Shown piece after piece: positions 1 to 15,058 of a stretch of DNA of 64,000 nt. Location: assembly GCA_025786725.1 (NCBI GenBank), contig JAHLTZ010000003.1, positions 124,001 through 188,000 on the forward strand, written 5' to 3'. The stretch's first letter is position 1; each line of letters opens with the position of its first letter. The stretch comes from Syncephalis fuscata S228. Taxonomy: Eukaryota; Fungi; Zoopagomycota. The notes beneath the pieces were generated by a model. That model ran no database searches, was not told the DNA's origin, and saw only the letters and a list, made by a program, of their open reading frames with translations. The position numbers and the translations under genes are program-made.

Positions 1-2639
1 AGAGTTGGCATAATATCAGTTTTGTAGATCGAGAAGCCGCCATTAAAGCGTGTATAGATGTGTGTGCTCTACCACGAATTGCTCGGGATATTGGACCCGT
101 AGCGGGTGTTATATTTGCTACATTACTGCAATTACACTCAAATACTGATCCATTGGCACTATTATGGAAATATTGTTTAAAAAGCGAATTGATATGTTCT
201 ACACCAATGGATACCTATCTACCTGTAGTAGAGTTTATTAATCTACATGCTTTGTATCTACCATTATGTCGTGGTCTATTGGTAGCTAATCCATACAACG
301 TATTACAATCACCATTATCCAATACAAATATCTATATTAACTGTTCAGAGTAAGTATAATAGATAGATAGATAGATATGTAATGATAACTAATGGTATCT
401 ATTGTATTAAGTGTTAATGTACATCCAACCACACTTATGGAATTATTATTCTATTTAGCAGTTGGTATGTCAAATCAGCCAGAAATACAACATCGATTTA
501 TGGCCTTTGATACGTTAACTCAATGGTTCAGTAAATTAAATGGACCATTGGATGCATATAAACGCCAATTATTAATAGCACTGATATGGGATAGTTGGCG
601 TGATCCTGTTGATGCTGTACGGCATAAGGTATGTATATAATAACAAAAACAATAATAATAATAGTGGTCAACGACTTATACAATATAGGTCAAAATGGCT
701 TTAGAAGGATTATTAAAGAATTTAGCCGTATTTCCTATGGATGAAATAGTAACACAAGAAATTGAACATTTTAAAAAAGATTTAGTTTTACGTTTAATAG
801 CTGTTGATTGGAGAGAAGAGGTAATTAATTATTAATGACCATCGATATTGATATCAATATTAACTAACTAGTTATTAATTAGATGAAATATGGATTTCTT
901 GAATGTCTAGTACCATATGTATCAACTAATCTATTTATGAGTGAAGAACTACAATCAAGTTTAATGTTAGCACTGTCAGATGTAGTAGTCGGATCCTATG
1001 CCATGTCATTATTTGTAGCCATTATGGAACACTTGACTATGAATGATTTGGTAATTAATAGATGGTGTTCGATCTAATATGTCTAATTATTGTATAGTCT
1101 AATAGTAATTGGAACACTGTATGGATTCCATTAATGGCCCGTGGTCTATTATCCAATGAAGCTATGACGCGTAAACATATGGGTCGAGTAGTGGCCAAAC
1201 TATTTAAATTCAATACTGCCGTATTTCAACCCCTCTACACACTCGTCACTAGTAATGACGTGACTATTACATCGGATCGACGTACGGCAGCCTGGTTAAC
1301 TGTATTAAGAACAGCCAAATCTCAAGGAATCATTACCACGAATACAGGTAATTTATGCATATTATATATAATATGTGTGTATATGTGTGTGAATAGCTAA
1401 TAAACCATTGATTAGAATTACAAGATTTGGCACGCGATGGACAACACGCTCTTAGTCATTCGGAGGAACAAGTAAGACTTGATTTGTTATCACTGGTGTG
1501 TGAGGCAAGACGTACCACTGATCCAGTAACCGCACCTGAACTATTACTTGTCAAACAATTTTTACGCATTAATATGGGCGTGACGGGTGCTCATTTCCGA
1601 CAAGATATGTCTGCTTCTATGACACGATTAATGAAACGACTTCACGATAATGCCGTATCGTGTGCCCATGGTCGATCCAACTATCCTCCTACTGCTTATG
1701 AACCAGGACATCAATTTGTTGGATGGCTAGTACGCCATTGTATTCGGGGATGTTATCCGGTGCTCCATTTACCCGAATTGCTATGTCATTAAGATTGTTA
1801 CGGCAATTACTAGAACACTTTTTAGTATTGCCATCATTACACGGGATAGCCTCCACCGTCACTTATCATTGTCATAACTGTAGTGCTATGGGAGATATTA
1901 TTAAGCAGGCACTATTCATACCTATAGCTACTCAGTCATTACTTGCCCTATTGCTTGGCAGTTATGATGCCAATCGACTAATTGCTATCAAATGCCTCGC
2001 CTACTTTCCAGCACCCCTACCAGGATATGATACGCCGGATAAAGTGACCAATGAGCTACTTGTTTGGGGCTGGTCTTCACTCGCTGATCCTAAAGCGTCA
2101 CAAAGTGATGGTGGCGCCTCTATTGTTCTATTACTATTCCAAAAGTATATTTCAGCACTTGGTTGGTATTTAACACCACCATCTATTGAAATATCTACAC
2201 CAAAGGCCGATGATCCAAAAGGTAATTAAGTATGAATAGCAATAAATACACTACTAACTAAGCTATAGTTTATTTTATGACGGTTATATTAAGTGATATA
2301 GAGGATAAAATAGCCTTGGCCAAGACTGATTTATCAATGGCTTCACGTCGCTATCCGTTACATGGATCGCTAAAGACATTATCCTATCTTTATCAAGATA
2401 TTATGACGCAATATTTACTGGTATCTAAAGAGACGCCTACTAATATATGGTCATCGATTAATATGAGACTTTGTCGTCTTATTGATCAAGTGATTGAAGT
2501 AGTAGTTGAAGCACTTGAACATCCAGCACCTGAAGGCTATGAACAACAAGAAGAAGAGGAATTACTAGTGCTGCGTAGCCATGATCACCACTATTTACTT
2601 TCCTATTGTTGGCGTGGTATTAAAGAGGCCAGGTAATGA

Positions 2640-2677
<38 letters not shown>

Positions 2678-5600
2678 GTATTTAGTAATAGATGATGTTA
2701 TATTAATATGATTAATAGTGCACTACTTGAAGATGTGGTTCGTGGTGGTGTCAATCATTGGAACAAAATTCTAATGTAAGTAATAGCTTATTAACATGTG
2801 TATATAATTAATTAATTAATTGTAAATATAGAATCCATTTTTATCAGCTGATTTAATCATTGAATGTGGCGAAAGATTAAAACAACTATTAATTGGACTA
2901 CGTCATCGAGGTGCCTTTTCTCATGTTTATCCACATTTTGAAGCAGTGTGCTTTTTATTACATCGCTCCACTCATCCAACTCTATCAGCAGTGTCTCAAG
3001 AATGGTTAAAGGTATTTATATTTATATTTATATATCTATATCTATATATTATTAACTAATTCTATATGATATTATATACACATATATATATAGAGTATGA
3101 TGGATCAAATGGCATCAAGATCTATTTCTATTACAAGACGTAGTGGTGGTATACCTTATGGTGTATTGGCTTTAGTATTAGGTGATCCATTGGGTCAACT
3201 ATTACATACAGCAGTTTCACAGCTATTCACGATGACAACGACAGTAGCTTCCACTGATCAGCATAATGATTATATTAAAGAGAATGAAGAGGACATTACA
3301 CCACAAGTCCATGCTATGAATACGTTAAGAATCCTATTGACTGATGCTCGACTTGGTAAACATATTACACGTTATATTGGACATAGTTTTAAATTAGCCA
3401 TTAATGGCATGGCTTCATCTAGGTAATTATAAATAATCTATAGCAGGTATAATACTTATCATATATATATATATATTAGCTGGTCTATTCGTAATTGTTC
3501 AGTTATGATGTTATCTGCATTGGTAACTCGTATATTTGGCATTAAATCCTCTACTGCCAATGAACGAGATGTATTTAATGGACCATCAGTTAGAGAATTC
3601 TTTAAAAAATATCCAGAACTCGAACCGTTTTTACTATCAAAATTGTCACTTAATTTTACTAATCTTATAACAGAGGTAAATATTAAAATTATTATTATAA
3701 CTATAATTAATCTTAATTGTAATTAATCATAGGAACATGTTGAAACATCTCTTTATCCAGTTCTACTTGTACTCGCTCGATTGAAACCATCATTAACAGA
3801 TCAAGATGTTCAAGTGGATGATCAACAAGGTGGACTATTACCGTTTATTACAGCTATTAAAGCATGTGGTGACAGTCGTATTTATAAGGTAGTTATAATA
3901 ATATCAATACTGACAATATTAATTAACATAATATATTATAATAGATTAGAGAAATGGCTGCTCATGCTTTAGTGTCATTGGTGAATACTGATCAAGTAAT
4001 ACCTGTTTGTCAACAACTAGTAAAAGATATTCAAACAGCTGGACAATATACAACCAATGAATTACACGGACGACTTTGTCAGCTGTATCAATTACTGCGT
4101 CATTATCCACGCCATCAACCGGCTGTATCAACTGGTAAATTTGTTTATTAATTAACAGTATAATTATTTATGCCAATTAATAGAAACTACAAGTCATTTG
4201 ATGCATATATTTAACTCGCTTATTACTATGGGTGAACATCCATGTGGACTTTTATCATTAATGACACTGAGAATTATTAAAGAGACACTGTTCTCTGTTA
4301 ATTGGTGGCAATCCATTGGATGGACTGGTAAGTATAATATAGTTGCCAACAATTATATATTTATGATGAATTAGAGGATCAAGTGACATTGGGTTGGCAA
4401 CCATGGCTGGAACAAGCATGGAAGGCTATTAAAGTGCCATTAATACCGACATTACCTGGTGCCACTCTATGTCGTCCTATTCAAGCGGCACTACTAGCTC
4501 ATAATGCTGTTCATACACCGAGTGTATGGTTACCTAGTGGTGTGGAGAGTGGACTTGATTTATTACGTTATCATTTATTGTTAGAATCACATTATGCTGT
4601 CTATGATGCTATCCTACAAGAAATACATCCATTTGCAGCCAAACTACCAAGGTATAAATGATAAGGCAATAAGGTTTATTACTAATATACTGCCATAGTG
4701 AAGTGAGCACATGGCTATTAGAGGATATTATGGTTAAGAATGATATGGATGCATCAAGTTTAATCGAAATTGTTCATATTATGCATACTATGAATTGTAT
4801 TACTGAAAAACAAGCGATGGATGCTTGGCCAGTTTTATTAACTAGATTTCAAATAGAGAAGCGTTTGGGTAGACGTGCCAATGGATTACCATTGCTTGGC
4901 TTTTTACTTTCTCGGGTAGGATTGTTGTTGTACTATTATACACTCTTTTATTTATACAATGCTAGATAACAACACTGCCTAAAGAGTCAGTACAAGCATG
5001 GATGCAAATGCTTACTAGTGCAGTCAATGATGAAGCAGTAAGTAGTGATAGAGTGAGTGGTGTATATAACCAATAAATTGTATGATATAGCCACTTGAAA
5101 TGAGAAGGGCAGCTATTATTGCACTGCGTATTCTTGTGCCAACACATTGGCTTAATATTCAATTAGGATGGATTTTATGGCAATCGATGCAGGTAAATTA
5201 GTGATAACGTTTTATCTATAAATACAAATCTAATGAATGTTTTAAGGATGATGATGAGGATATCAGGAAGGATGCCACAACTATTGCCACATCAATTCAA
5301 TGCCATACAGTATGTAATAAGTGTCATGTTACATCCTACTAATTAATACACATTACTAGGTGGAGGAATTGACAATGACTTTGGTCAATCGATTCGGTGC
5401 TACTAGTCAAATAGATGTTATTTCACCGTTATTCAGTTTGTTGTTAGGAGAACAAGGTAATGCTGTCATGATAGATACTGTATTACCATTATACTAATTA
5501 TTATCAATATGAATAGTGGTATCACAAGTACCAACGGTCCAAGCAATTTCTCTTGATAATAGTGATAGTAACAGTAATGAGGCACCCCTATTTGAACAGG

Positions 5601-6263
5601 AACCATTGAATGCATTTAGAGAAAGTACGTAAAACATTTGTATAATAATATAATATACTATATTTACAATTTATTTAGAACTGTTTAACATTCAATTGGC
5701 AACCAAAGCACTTTTACACTGGTATCAACAAGAGAAAACAACATCTGAATTGATTAAAAATAAATCCTCAGTATTTTATCAACTATCTAGTAGGGTAAAA
5801 CGACAAATAAACCGTATTGGTTTATTTAAAATGGTAAATATTAAAGCTTTCTTGTTAAATAATTACCAATGCAATACAATATAAATATAGACTACTGCTG
5901 TACCAACAGCCACAACAGTGCCATTAAATAGTTTACATGAACCATCACAATTTTTGGATATTTATCGTATACTTATGGGTGCTTATTTACTTGCTAATAC
6001 GATACAGTTGGGTCAAGGTAAGATGTTTATTAATATACGGTATAATAGTTGGTGTTACTTAAATATACTAATAATAACAATGATGATGATGATGATGATG
6101 ATTAGATAATCAACGTGTATTGATGTCATTTATGTCACTATACCACGACTCATTGCCATCTATTCTAATGATTGTTGGTAACACTGTTATCACTTCTATA
6201 TCCACCGAAACCATCAAGGAGCATAGTAATAACAACGAAGAGTTAAACTTTATGCTTATCTAA
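1..6263 (+). CDS. TRM732: THADA/Trm732-family HEAT-repeat protein (tRNA 2'-O-methylation cofactor, DUF2428), multi-exon, 5' end outside window
   Basis: Spliced exons give family motifs CWRGIKEA, LRHRGAF, RRSGGIP, VHAMNTLR and WSIRNCSVMMLSALVTRIFG. Many short GT-AG introns. Last exon 6106-6263 ends in TAA. Confidence 0.88.
2641..2676. repeat. (TAGA)n microsatellite in a TRM732 intron; shorter copy at about 360-376
   Basis: Directly visible tetranucleotide run. Confidence 0.9.
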
Positions 6264-6505
6264 ATTAATAAAGATTTATTGACAATAATCTAAATATTTT
6301 TAGTTTTGTTGATACTATTAAAATTATTATAATTATTATCCTGTATATATACATGTATTTTTGTTCGTTCCTTTTATTGAGTTGTATATAATATATTTTT
6401 AACGTAACCAATTACTTCTTTGTATTATATACTATTTTATTGGCTATATACAAACTACTTTTAAAATAACCTATATAGATGCAGTATATCGATGCATCAG
6501 CTTAT

Positions 6506-7479
6506 TTACTTTGCAGTGACAATTTGCGATAAATGAAGTATATGATGAGTTCTAGGACGATATGAAGAGTGACCCTTATTTCCCATATTCCGACAATGTC
6601 TAATCAGTATGGTTGCAACAATCATCCTATAAATAAATTAGCTATATAAATACGATTAACCATTAATACTTACCAATCAGTGGGGAAAAGTATATCAAGA
6701 TTAGCATTGCCGAAATGACTAGATATAGCAATGCAGCAAATTATATTGGTGAATATGGCCAAGCATATCGTCTGTATTCCCTCTCGCGCCAGTTGTTTCC
6801 ATGCATCGGATCCAAATATGCGATATTGATTTAAAGCAACATGGCAAAAGATGACTGAAAAAAACACGTTGATTGGCATATTCACTCCAATCCAGTACCA
6901 AAGAAAGATATGTGGATAGTAGATGACACAGCCAAGCTCAGCTTCTAAAGTGAAAAAAGAGTAGTATATCATAAAAGCATAACCTAATTGTGGTAATACA
7001 AAAAGAATGCCGATACAAGTAATCCACTTTTTTTGATAAAGAACCAAATGAACCTTTAAAAGAAGAATTGAGCTATTAAAAATCATGCCTAATGAACCAA
7101 AGATCCCCGACGACCATAATAGCATTCTACAATTAAGGCCAAAACCCACTAACATGAATATAATCATTATACTGAACATAGTACCGGTAACAGCAAGTAT
7201 TAAACAGCACCATGAAAACAGTCTACGTGGCCGCGATATAGTCATTTTGGTGGCTATGCAAATATTATGTGCAAAAATACAAAGCATTATAACAGAAAAT
7301 ACAATTTGAACTTGCATGCCCGCTAAACGAAGACGCTGCTCGTTGATATGTCCCGTAGCTTCCATCAAGAAATCAGGCACATTTATTTCACCAAGTGGAT
7401 TAAGCAAAATGCCCCATTGCTTCGTAGCATTATGTCTCCATTCGGTTTGCGTTGGATTGGTATAATTAATAAATGGCAT
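6506..7479 (-). CDS. Orphan 7TM (GPCR-like) membrane protein, family A copy 1
   Basis: 269-aa ORF with 6-7 hydrophobic segments, an intron after ...PTDW (about 6627-6673) and a final exon MIVATILIRHC...VTAK-stop. Clear paralogue of 9309-10292 and 43477-44463 (shared LGExN, WCC, NCR, GC..YYP, FGSDAWK motifs). Confidence 0.75.
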
Positions 7480-8141
7480 TTTTGGTTTTGTATATTATAA
7501 AATAGCGCTGTACAATGGATAGATAATAGAGGTAAAACGCATAAGATTGAATGGTTTACTAAAAATATAGAATAAAGACTATGCCAGTTTCTTCATGCAC
7601 GATAGCTAATGCGACACGTGGATATTCAGTCATGTGTGTACGCGACATCAACTGCAGCGTTATGCCTTATCCAAAGCTGGCAACAATTTCAAGTTGAGTA
7701 AAAATAGTAATTGGTAGACTAGTAAAATCAAAGATAATACTATGCCACAGCAACATTACAATAGCAATGTTGATAAATAATATATGAAAAATCAGTAAGT
7801 TTTTGCAAGATTTGTATTGAACAACTGCACAATACCGACATGCCTACCAGTTCATGCAGTTCAGAACAGGTTATACATTATTTCGTTTTTATTAATTTTA
7901 GCTCGACAACTGGAACAACTTGCCTGAGTTCTTGATCAATGATAGGTGATTTCTATGTTTAAGCATCCACACCTGTCTAGTCTTGATGTGATCAGAAAAG
8001 CTGCAGACACAATTATTTATTATTATTGCAGCACATTTGCTTTATTGAATTATCGGAATCAAATCACGTAAATGTTTTTCAAACAAGCACTATAATATTG
8101 TGCAAACATTTACTATATATTATTAATACTTAAACAATCCA

Positions 8142-10400
8142 AATTCTACTTACTAGAGTTAACCAGAGGGGCGCGAAAGAGTCATATCAGTCACATTATT
8201 GAAAAGAGATTGATGATTGGCTGTCTTCACGTCGAATTCAATCAACTGTTATTGTTATTTCTTGCTTTGTGTGTAGAAATGCATAACACAGACAACTACG
8301 ATCAAATTCAATATTAGTCAAGTAGAATGATAGCTAGATGTGTTGCTTATACGGCATTAAACTAAATAGATTGGCTATTATTATGGCAATTGTATGTTTA
8401 AAAATACAAAACTACTAAATTATAAGTAATAATGTTAATTGCTTAATCGAATCTAAACGCTGTTCGATTAAAACAATTGTCATAAAGTATCGAATATGGC
8501 GGTACAAATCCAAGTTATTTGTATATTGTAGCATTATTGCATATCATTAATTCATACTTTGAGTTTATGATAGTATCTGATAGACGACAAAATATAGCAT
8601 ACTTAGCAATGTACGCAATAATATTGGCCTTGATCGCATAGCTATTTCTAAAAGTAACGTCGAGTTTGATGTGCCTTGTGATCAATTGGTATGTATTAGT
8701 AGGCAACTGCAGATATAAAGCTAAATTCCGTTACCATAGTGGCTCTAGTAATACTGGCCACATATTATCAAGGTACGCATAAAAGGTGCTGGAATAGCAT
8801 GCTGCTCAAAATCAGATATGAATTTAATAAATAGCAGATTACTGCTGAATAATTATCCTACTGCCAATAATCACATGGATCTCAACCATCATTGAATGTA
8901 TAGCTGTATTCATATCTGACTTAATTAACACTGATGGGTTTATATGATTAATTTTAGCAATCATAAATGCCATTGCAATTTAGTATAGATCCAATCATCC
9001 TACAAGGCCTTCGTTTTATTGATGCGCAGCTGGCTGTTTTTTGTCATGTGGCTTGTGAACAGGTATTACGTGCATATAGTTACTCACTTCAGTATCATTA
9101 TGGCATATGCGACAATTTGAAAATGTATAACAGGTTTATTACAATAAGTCATTGGTTCGCTCATATTATAACCAAAACTTGATAGCTGCGAGACATGTCC
9201 CTTAACTGTATCCACGCTTTGTAAATTAATCAACTAAGTTTTTATTAATACGCACTAGCACATTTATTATTTATACTATATTGTTGCTACATATATTCCT
9301 CGCCGACAATGCCATTCATCGATTATAATAGCTCAAATTATGAGATGTGGGTAAACAGCAGCATGAAGCAATGGGGAGCTCGCCTTCATCCACTTGGTGA
9401 AATGAACATATTTGATTTTCTTATGGAAGCTTCTGGTGACATTGACAAGCAGCGCATTCGATTGTCTGGCCTACAAATTCAAATTCTAGCATTTTTTATA
9501 TCATCTGCTATATTTGGACGTAATTTTTTTATTGCCAGCAAAATGGTCATATCGCGACCTCGTAGTATGATCTCATGGTGTTGCTTCATTCCTTCTACTT
9601 CGGGAATTGTAGTTAGTCTGATGAATGTGTCCATGTTCCTAAATTTTCCTACTAATTGTCGAATCATGCTATGGTCTTTTGTATGCAGTATATCACTTAC
9701 ATTGACTGGTAATAGTTAATACTACTTCAAAAAGCTTACTTGGCGCTTTGTCGAAAGAAATGGGTACTGTATATTAGTATTCCGCTCATATTGCCACAAC
9801 TTGTCTTTATCATCCCTGTGATGTATTTTGACTTTATGACTATAGAAGAAAAAGATGGCTGCGTGTTGTACTATCCCAGTTTCTTCTGCTGTATTGGTTT
9901 TTAATTAATCTACCAATCAACATATTATTTTCAGCCATCTTTTGCCACGTTGCTTTAAGGCAGTATCGTTTGTTTGGATCGGACGCATGGAAGCAACTAG
10001 CACGCGATGGAATACAAGCCGTGTCTTTGGCTGCGCTGTGTAATATTATTTGTTCTATTTCCATAAGCATGTCTTTGACTAAAATCAATAACGACTTGTT
10101 TTTTGTCGTGGATTGGTAAGTAATGGTAGATGGCTGTTTACATAAAACTGACGCACAATAGGATATTGTTACAACAATATTAGTTAATCATTGCAATAAT
10201 ATAGGCAAAAATACTGGATCTGCACATCGTCCAAAAACCGATCATATTCTTAAGTTATCGCAATTGTTACCGCAAAGTCCATAAATTGCTAAAAAAATAT
10301 AATTATTGTATTCTGGCTATATTTTGAATAAGCAGTTTGACTGTGTAAAACGCTTTTATAATATATATATATTCCTTTAATTTGCTGTAATGATAAATAT
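8142..10400 (+). repeat. Inverted segmental duplication, left copy (partner 43370-45640)
   Basis: 8142-8945 is near-identical to the reverse complement of 44833-45640, and about 10110-10400 to about 43370-43660. The gene between is homologous but more diverged. Confidence 0.9.
9309..10292 (+). CDS. Orphan 7TM membrane protein, family A copy 2 (1-nt frameshifts near 9716, 10162 and 10263)
   Basis: MPFIDYNSSNYEMW... aligns with both paralogues and has an intron at about 10116-10161 in the same position. The reading frame is restored by adding single bases. Confidence 0.72.
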
Positions 10401-10519
10401 TGGCTTAGTATCTTTTGACATGAACCATTATGCTAAATAAAGATTATTATATACATGATTTGTTTATAACCATTTAGTATATTAATGACCAAATGACTAC
10501 ATTAATAACATTTGTTTTA

Positions 10520-10800
10520 TTGAACATAAAAATGGTGGTAAATATGCCAGGGTCATAATATCATCATCGTAGATCAATTATCCAGTATTCATATATCCTC
10601 CATCCATTTATATAATTTCCATTGTATATTCATACAACTATATACTATTTTATGATATACAGACAATATTATATTTGTTATATATATTAAATCGTTTTAT
10701 TGCTTAATAAATAATATAGCTTCAATATTGCTATTTATACTTTCTCATTGTATATTTATGATATTCTATAACTGTATAATACATTAGATATGCGCTAGCT
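10520..10800 (+). repeat. Degenerate dispersed repeat, copy 1 (others at 50200-50490 minus, 59605-59840 plus)
   Basis: Shared collinear words tattgaacat..tggtggt..tcatc..gtagat..ttatccagtat.catatatc. Confidence 0.6.
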
Positions 10801-11279
10801 AAAACTGCTGTTCATTTGACACTATTTTGTTATTTATAAATATCAACTCATTTATTTTATTAAATCACTAGCAATACAATTGCGATGTTGTTATTCATTC
10901 ATATGCTTATCATTCTGCTATAGAATAGACATAAACTGCTAATAAAATATTTATTGCTACCTGTATTTATAATTGACATGGAAGCACACTTCAGTATAGC
11001 TGGATGGACAATCGAGTCAACCGACTGGTGCAGATATGATTGTTTTGTGGACAAGTGTAGAATAAAAAAGGGACTATCATCTGATCTAGTGGTGAAATAG
11101 CATCCGTGCACTAAAATGATCCAGCCAGGCGTAATACACCAATGGACAGTCGCAATGTACTCTTACCAATATTGTCCATTCTAATTGGTGGATATATTTT
11201 GGAATAAGCTTATAAGGTTGTGCTGAGCGTACTTTTGCTCATTACTTCGCTTTCTCTTGTTTCTAGTTGTTAATATGCT

Positions 11280-11570
11280 GTAAACTGCTTGTTAATGGAA
11301 GCATCTGTTCTAGTAGCTATATCCAGTGGTGAGTGGTCTCCTTGTTGGTTGATCACGACATACTGCGTTATGCATTTGAGCTGTGTTGAATGTAGAATAC
11401 AGTAGTGCAGACTACTGTGTTATACTAGCTCAGCAACTATATGGTTGCCTGTACTAGGCAGCTGTATACTGGCATAGTGCGGAGATATGTGGGATAACAG
11501 GGTATGCAGTACTGTGTTTAGCAAGTCAGTATTGCTGTGCACTCCCCTCATGTTGATGCGGCGACCTGCA
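11280..11570 (-). mobile_element. Possible decayed non-LTR retrotransposon (APE endonuclease-like) relic
   Basis: Minus-strand translations INMRGV (about 11540-11557) and SSLHYCIL...NQQGDHSPL (11325-11416) resemble the APE NxRG, LDY and SDH motifs. Spacing is too short and stops are present. Confidence 0.28.
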
Positions 11571-12843
11571 TGGGTGGTCATATGTTGGTGCTCACTTGTA
11601 TTGAACGTGCGCTGGAGGTGTGTTTGATAGCCTTCAACTTGCTGATACTATCATCGCACACTAGACTGGTGTGATATGTGGATTATTCGTACTGAATACC
11701 ATGTATCATCTACTGTTTACTTGTGGGGCTGTTAAATAGATTGCAGTAGAGTACTAGTCTTAAATATCAGTTAAAATCCACGCACTATTCAATGTTATGA
11801 ATTGCAACCTGTGCTGAAGCTTCTGCGTGGATTGTTAGATGATATTTTGCGATTGTTTACAACGTGGTGTAGATTAATTATTATGTTGTAACCATTTAAT
11901 AATGCAGCAGCATATGATAATATCGTTTTTTAATCGTAATATGTGGTGGTGTTTATACATTTAACTTTACATTAGCTACAATTGGGTGAACCAGTAGACT
12001 AGTGGTGTTTATTGCTGCATATCATACCGTTTAATAAACCGTATTATCATTTGGCAATGGCTAGTAAAAGCTATGTGCTTCTGACATATGATCTTGCCAT
12101 ATTGGTGGATTGTCAGTATTCGGGTGGACACCAGTTCTTTATTAGCTGCTGTCCTGATTAATAACTTTCAACAATATCTTTAGTTTATTTTGTATAAAAA
12201 TAATAACAATATACAAACAACCACACTGCATGTACATTAAAAACTATACGCAAGCAACAATCAATTAAATATATGATATTTATTACTACTAAATAATACT
12301 GACAAATGTTTGTAATGGTTATTCGAACATTGATATCGGAACGATAAGTATATTCGAATTATGTTTGTCATCGTATGTCATTATTTTTGCATGTAAATTA
12401 CAATATCAATTGTTGCTTTCATTGGCACAAGTATCAGTTGCGGTATTTTATATGCTGTTGGTACTATCACTTGGCATTATTTTTCAAATGAAAAAAGAAA
12501 TATATTTATTTAATTTTTTATCCAGTCAAGTGCTAATTGGTATTGTTATTGCATGCTTGTTAAGTGTGTTGTTTAAATAAATAAAACGAAAGTAGTGGCA
12601 AAAAAAGTATATATATTAAACTGAAAGTATTTTAATATTATAATAATCAATATGAATTATCCTAACTTACTCTTTTATTGCCAACTATACTAACTTTGAT
12701 GGTTATCTAAACATTTTAAACATCATTCTATTAACTGTAGACATTGAAATACATGTTAAAATCAATGGATATTTGGATTTTATATTCATTCAAATTAACT
12801 AAAAGGCGTTAATTTGATTATGTATGGAACAAATGTACGCGTA

Positions 12844-14036
<1,193 letters not shown>

Positions 14037-15058
14037 TGCTGGCTGGTGGTTAGTTGAAAGCAAGCTTACAAGTAAATGGCAGTGTAAAGTGAAGAGAATA
14101 AGAAAAAGGCGGGCGAATACCTGAATACCTGACTACCTGATGCTCGATTGGCATTTTATTCTCACGCCTCGTGACTTCTTTCCAATGTCCGCTGCCCCAA
14201 ATGCAATGGGCAATTAACGGATAAATTTATTGCCCGTGTTACACTCTGCTATAATCTTTGATGTTCTTTTCTATCAATGTATGATAAAACGAAAAGAACA
14301 ATTCTGCAGAACTAATGGGTAATTTGCACGTCAAGGGCAATAATGTTGAAATCACTACAATGCGCAAAACTGCGATGGCGTGCGGCTGTTCTGATATGAT
14401 ATAATCATAGCTACAGACATGACTAATGGGGCCACGTGTTTGATTTGTACTATGTCGTTTATTTATTAGTATGTTTTGAGATTTAGTATATATATATTCT
14501 ATCATTACATCCATGTTAAAACATACTAATAAAGGATTAATAAATTTAAATATTAATAAGCAAACATTTATTTATATCACAAGTATAACGCTATCATTTT
14601 ATGACTACCCCTACGTTCGGCCCGTTATATCATACCATGCAAATAGTGTGCTATCTAAGAGCGACTGCCGCAATAGGTGGTTACACCATAGCCATGCTTG
14701 AAAACATGGGGCCTTTTGCCATCTCTAACGCACGTTCTAGCAAATGATAATAACAACAATGACGACATTAAACTGTAATGTAAATCATTAATACTATTTA
14801 TTTATCAAGTAAGTTGGTGGATTAGTCTTGAGGATAATAGTTAGATCATTGCATATTCAATCAATAATATACAGTTAATAATTAAAGCATGTTTATGGTA
14901 ATTTACAAGTTCAAAGGGCAACGCTTTTTCAAGTCACAACATCGAATTGGCAACGCTTTGTATACTAAATTTATATTTCTCGTTAATTTTTACTAGTGTT
15001 ACGAATTGTTTTTGTTCTCTCTTCTCTTCTCTATTGCTTGCGTATTGTTCTTTGTGCC

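Noticed and set aside
8515-8706. Near-identical 63-aa ORFs at 8515-8706 (-) and 45072-45263 (+)
   Set aside because: TTG start and no coding signature; the identity is explained by the DNA duplication.
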